DNA of 54,572 nucleotides from NCBI GenBank assembly GCA_018398765.1, contig JAHBMJ010000177.1, forward strand, positions 1-54,572. The letters run 5' to 3'. Below the pieces are notes generated by a model. The model worked only from the letters and a program-made list of their open reading frames with translations. It searched no databases and was not told where the DNA came from. Of this stretch, positions 51,491 through 54,572 are shown in pieces. Position numbers and translations under genes: made by a program. This DNA is from Chromera velia. Its lineage: Eukaryota. How positions within the stretch are numbered: the first letter of the stretch is position 1; every line of letters begins with the position of its first letter.

Positions 51491-53682
51491 ATGAGTTGTC
51501 GTGAAAGCAACATCCGTGAGTTTACGCTTCCCTGCATCCCGACCCATCTTTCGAGAGTGAAGGAAGTCTTGACGGTGCTTCTTCACTCGGTTGCTTTCAA
51601 TCGATCCTTCGGTGCTTCTGTGTGCATTCCCCAGCTTGAACATTCTCCCGAGCTTGACATCCCTTTCTACAAGGTCCGTTTCCGGTCTGCCGAGACAGGA
51701 AGAATCGAGCAACCCTTGGATGAACAATTCGGCCTCAAGGCCCAAGAATTTGTCAAATTGGTTGAGAGGAAGGCAACGAAGGAGGCAAGCAGAGTGGGGA
51801 GAGAGTCTGTTGGAGGCAGAGATGACACCTCGGCCTCCTCTTTCAGCATTCCAGCGTCCCTGGAGGTTGTATTTTTCTTTCAGAAACCTCAGCAGGAGAA
51901 TCACACAAGACCTCTGGTCAATTGGCTCGGCAGGGCTCAGAATCGAGTTGCGTTTGAGAAATGGAAAATCCGTTTAGAGGTTGCCATGCCCAGTTTGATG
52001 GATGACAGGGTACGGGCAAGCGGGAGTGCTCAGAGACCGCCCCTGTCGTCCCCCACAAAAGTAAAATCTTGGCAGAAACTGTCAGCACAGGGGAAGAATT
52101 TTTTTGAAAGCGCCAAGATTCTCGTGTCCAAAATTGCCCTCAGCCCACGCCAGTCTGCCCAACCTCTTCCCTCCAGTCCGACAGTTCCCGGACTCAACTC
52201 CTCTGACGCCTCTCCCTTTCCACCTGCCACATCCCCCCATGCAGCAACAGTAACGCCAGACCAGCAGCAGAACGGGTCCCGATCCCCTGCCGTTTTCTCT
52301 CGTCAAAACAACAGCTACCCGAGTTCCCCCCTGCCCCCAGATGTGCAAATGGGGGGTATGGAATTTTCGGATGATGAAGAGGAATCCTTTCACGACGTGG
52401 GGGAGCCATCAGGTTTTTTCCCCGCCTCCACCGGGGAGGTTGCCGGTTCTCCTTCTTTCCTTCCTTCTGGTGCACACTGGCGGGGGGCGGCGCAAAGAAG
52501 TCGGGCGGGATCATCAGGGGGACCCGCGGTGGGGGGGGGCGCTCGTCATGCGCAGACGGCAGGAGGACAGCCACAACAAGCAGGAGCACCTCCAGCTCTG
52601 CAGCCGAACACACGATCCAATCGAGGTCGCAGTCTTCAGCAGCAGCCGCAATCGTCGCATTCGTCTTCACCCCTGCAAGCACCCCTGCTGACATCCCCCA
52701 GACAGCACAGCAATCTGCGTCAGTTTCCATCACCCTTTTCCCTGGGAGCAGGGAGGGATCGTGAGGACTCGCTCTCTTTCTCCTCGTCTTACTGCCTTGG
52801 CGGTGTCGAGACGGAGAGAGAGGCAGCGGGGGTTGCAGAGGCTCTACGGGTGCTCGTCCAAACAGCATTGGAAAACACGGACCATCTGCCACCTCCGCCA
52901 GAGGAAGGACACATGTACCAGTCAGTCACGTTCATCGCACTCTATGCAGTAGTCGACCCACTTTCTTCGATGATGTGTCACTCAATCCTGCAGGGATTCA
53001 TTGGGATATAGTGGATTTTTATTTTAGTCGTGAAACCAAACGACTGGATGAAGAGACTAGCAGGCAGGCACAGTGAGGGGAAGGCTGCACTTGATGTACT
53101 TACTGTCGGCCTGCGTGAAATCCCCCGTTGTGTTGACAGAGGCGGTCGTGGTCTTGCACCGCATAGCCGATCGTCGTGGAAAGTGAAACTTACGACACAT
53201 GCAAACAATTTGCGTGATTCTTCGTCTTAGTGAAGTTTGGATGCAGAAAGAACCCGTCTGTCATGCAATCTTTGCTCTTCCAGCATCGCGGTCTCTTCTT
53301 GCTGCAGTATTTTGCTTTGATGCGGTTGTGTGTGTGCGTGTGTGTGTGTGTGTGGGCGTGCGAGCGAGCGATCGTGTGTGCGTGCCGTTCATTTGATTTG
53401 TCCGGACATTTGTCCGAGCAACCGTAAAATTGTTCATTTTGTCTGACACTCTGTCTGTTTGCCCGTTTCGCTTGCATGCTTACCACTACGGTAACCTGCG
53501 GGCCCCATTTCCCGGTTTATGCTTTTCCGGTGTGGCGGTTTTCATGTTCTTCTGTCTGTATGGATGAATGTCTGTGCAGGTTGGAGGTCGTTCCCGAAAG
53601 CGAAGGAGGGAGTGCGTTTGGGACTGCTGCCTTCGAAAGCTTTGCCAGCCTGACAGGCCAAGCGTTGCCCTCTCTCACGTGA
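51491..53682 (+). CDS. ATG101: Autophagy-related protein 101 (HORMA-fold); exons 51491-52920 and 53580-53682
   Basis: VKEVLTVLLHSVAFNRSFG, LDIPFYKV, LEVVFFFQK, VAFEKWKIRL and NTDHLPP are collinear with ATG101. The phase-2 join CA|GTCAGT...CAG|G gives HMYQLEVV. Confidence 0.8.
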
Positions 53683-54572
53683 TTCCTCTATTTCTTTTGT
53701 TCTGGCCGATGGGTTCCGGCCGATTTGTACGAGAAGTGGGATTTCCTTTTCTGTCTTTGCGCACAGTATTCTAGACAGTATTGCTAGCAGTATTGAGCCT
53801 CCGTTTGTACGTCAATCTGGACAATTAAGACAATTCGAATGGACGTGGGAATGAACAGAAAGGCTTAATTCTGAAAAACTTTTGGAAGATGAACAGGTTT
53901 TCGTACCAAAGTTTTCATGATAGTCTGTCATATGGGTCGTCTCCATGATTGAATTAAATCCATCACTTTCATCATTAATGATTTGATATTGTATTATATA
54001 TAAATTACATTTAATTAGAGTTATTGGATCTATATAGTATTGGACGCGTTTGTCATTTGTTTTGTCACCCTTCTATTTTTTAAGCGTAAGACTCTACATA
54101 AGACTCTCCCTCTAACTATAATATTTTTCTAAGTATATTTTTGTCTCACTGTCTCAGTAATCATCTCAGTTTGAATCGCACAACTGAAACTAGTCACTGC
54201 CGCAACGGAAGAATACAGTACTGATAGTGATAGTGATTTAATTGGTGCCCTAGGTACTAGTAGAGCACTGTTGCTGTTCTGATAGCGGGAAGGCCTAGTG
54301 CGGAACCTATCAATCAATCAATCAATTAATTAAACGCCAGGACCTTACCAGGGCATGGCTTACATACTAGCTTACATAAGATTTGACATTGATTAATAGA
54401 TTGTCAATAAGATTGATTGATAGGTTCTAAGGTTAATTCTGTTTTAAGCCTTCCCGCATTATCATCGGTGCAAGCCGATATTTGGCAGTGGATCGTGGAG
54501 ATGCCCGGAAGATAAAATCCTACTAGAAATCGTAAGGAAAAGCCTAGTGTCTGTGGAGCGCTACAGACCTAG

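Overview
Eukaryotic, microsatellite-rich genomic DNA with GT-AG introns. The style suggests a chromerid-like alveolate, but that is inference only. The left third (about 3377-20363, + strand) is a ~17 kb degenerate non-LTR retrotransposon (LINE). It has a long ORF1-like region, an APE endonuclease, reverse transcriptase, a CCHC knuckle, a structured 3' end and an (ACAAT)n tail. Its coding sequence is interrupted five times by 0.3-2.1 kb microsatellite blocks. Each block starts with GT and ends with CAG, and removing it restores the reading frame (across the third, a nested 595-bp insertion must also be removed). This apparent intron-containing LINE is the main finding. The rest of the window holds spliced host genes: TYW5 (+), a MYND-finger protein (-), a TatD nuclease (-) head-to-head with an HhH-GPD/endonuclease III-like glycosylase (+), and a large low-complexity RanBP2-zinc-finger protein (-) head-to-head with ATG101 (+). 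There are also three MITE-like insertions and one assembly gap. Most ORFs in the supplied track are microsatellite artefacts. All gene models were spliced by eye and are unverified.
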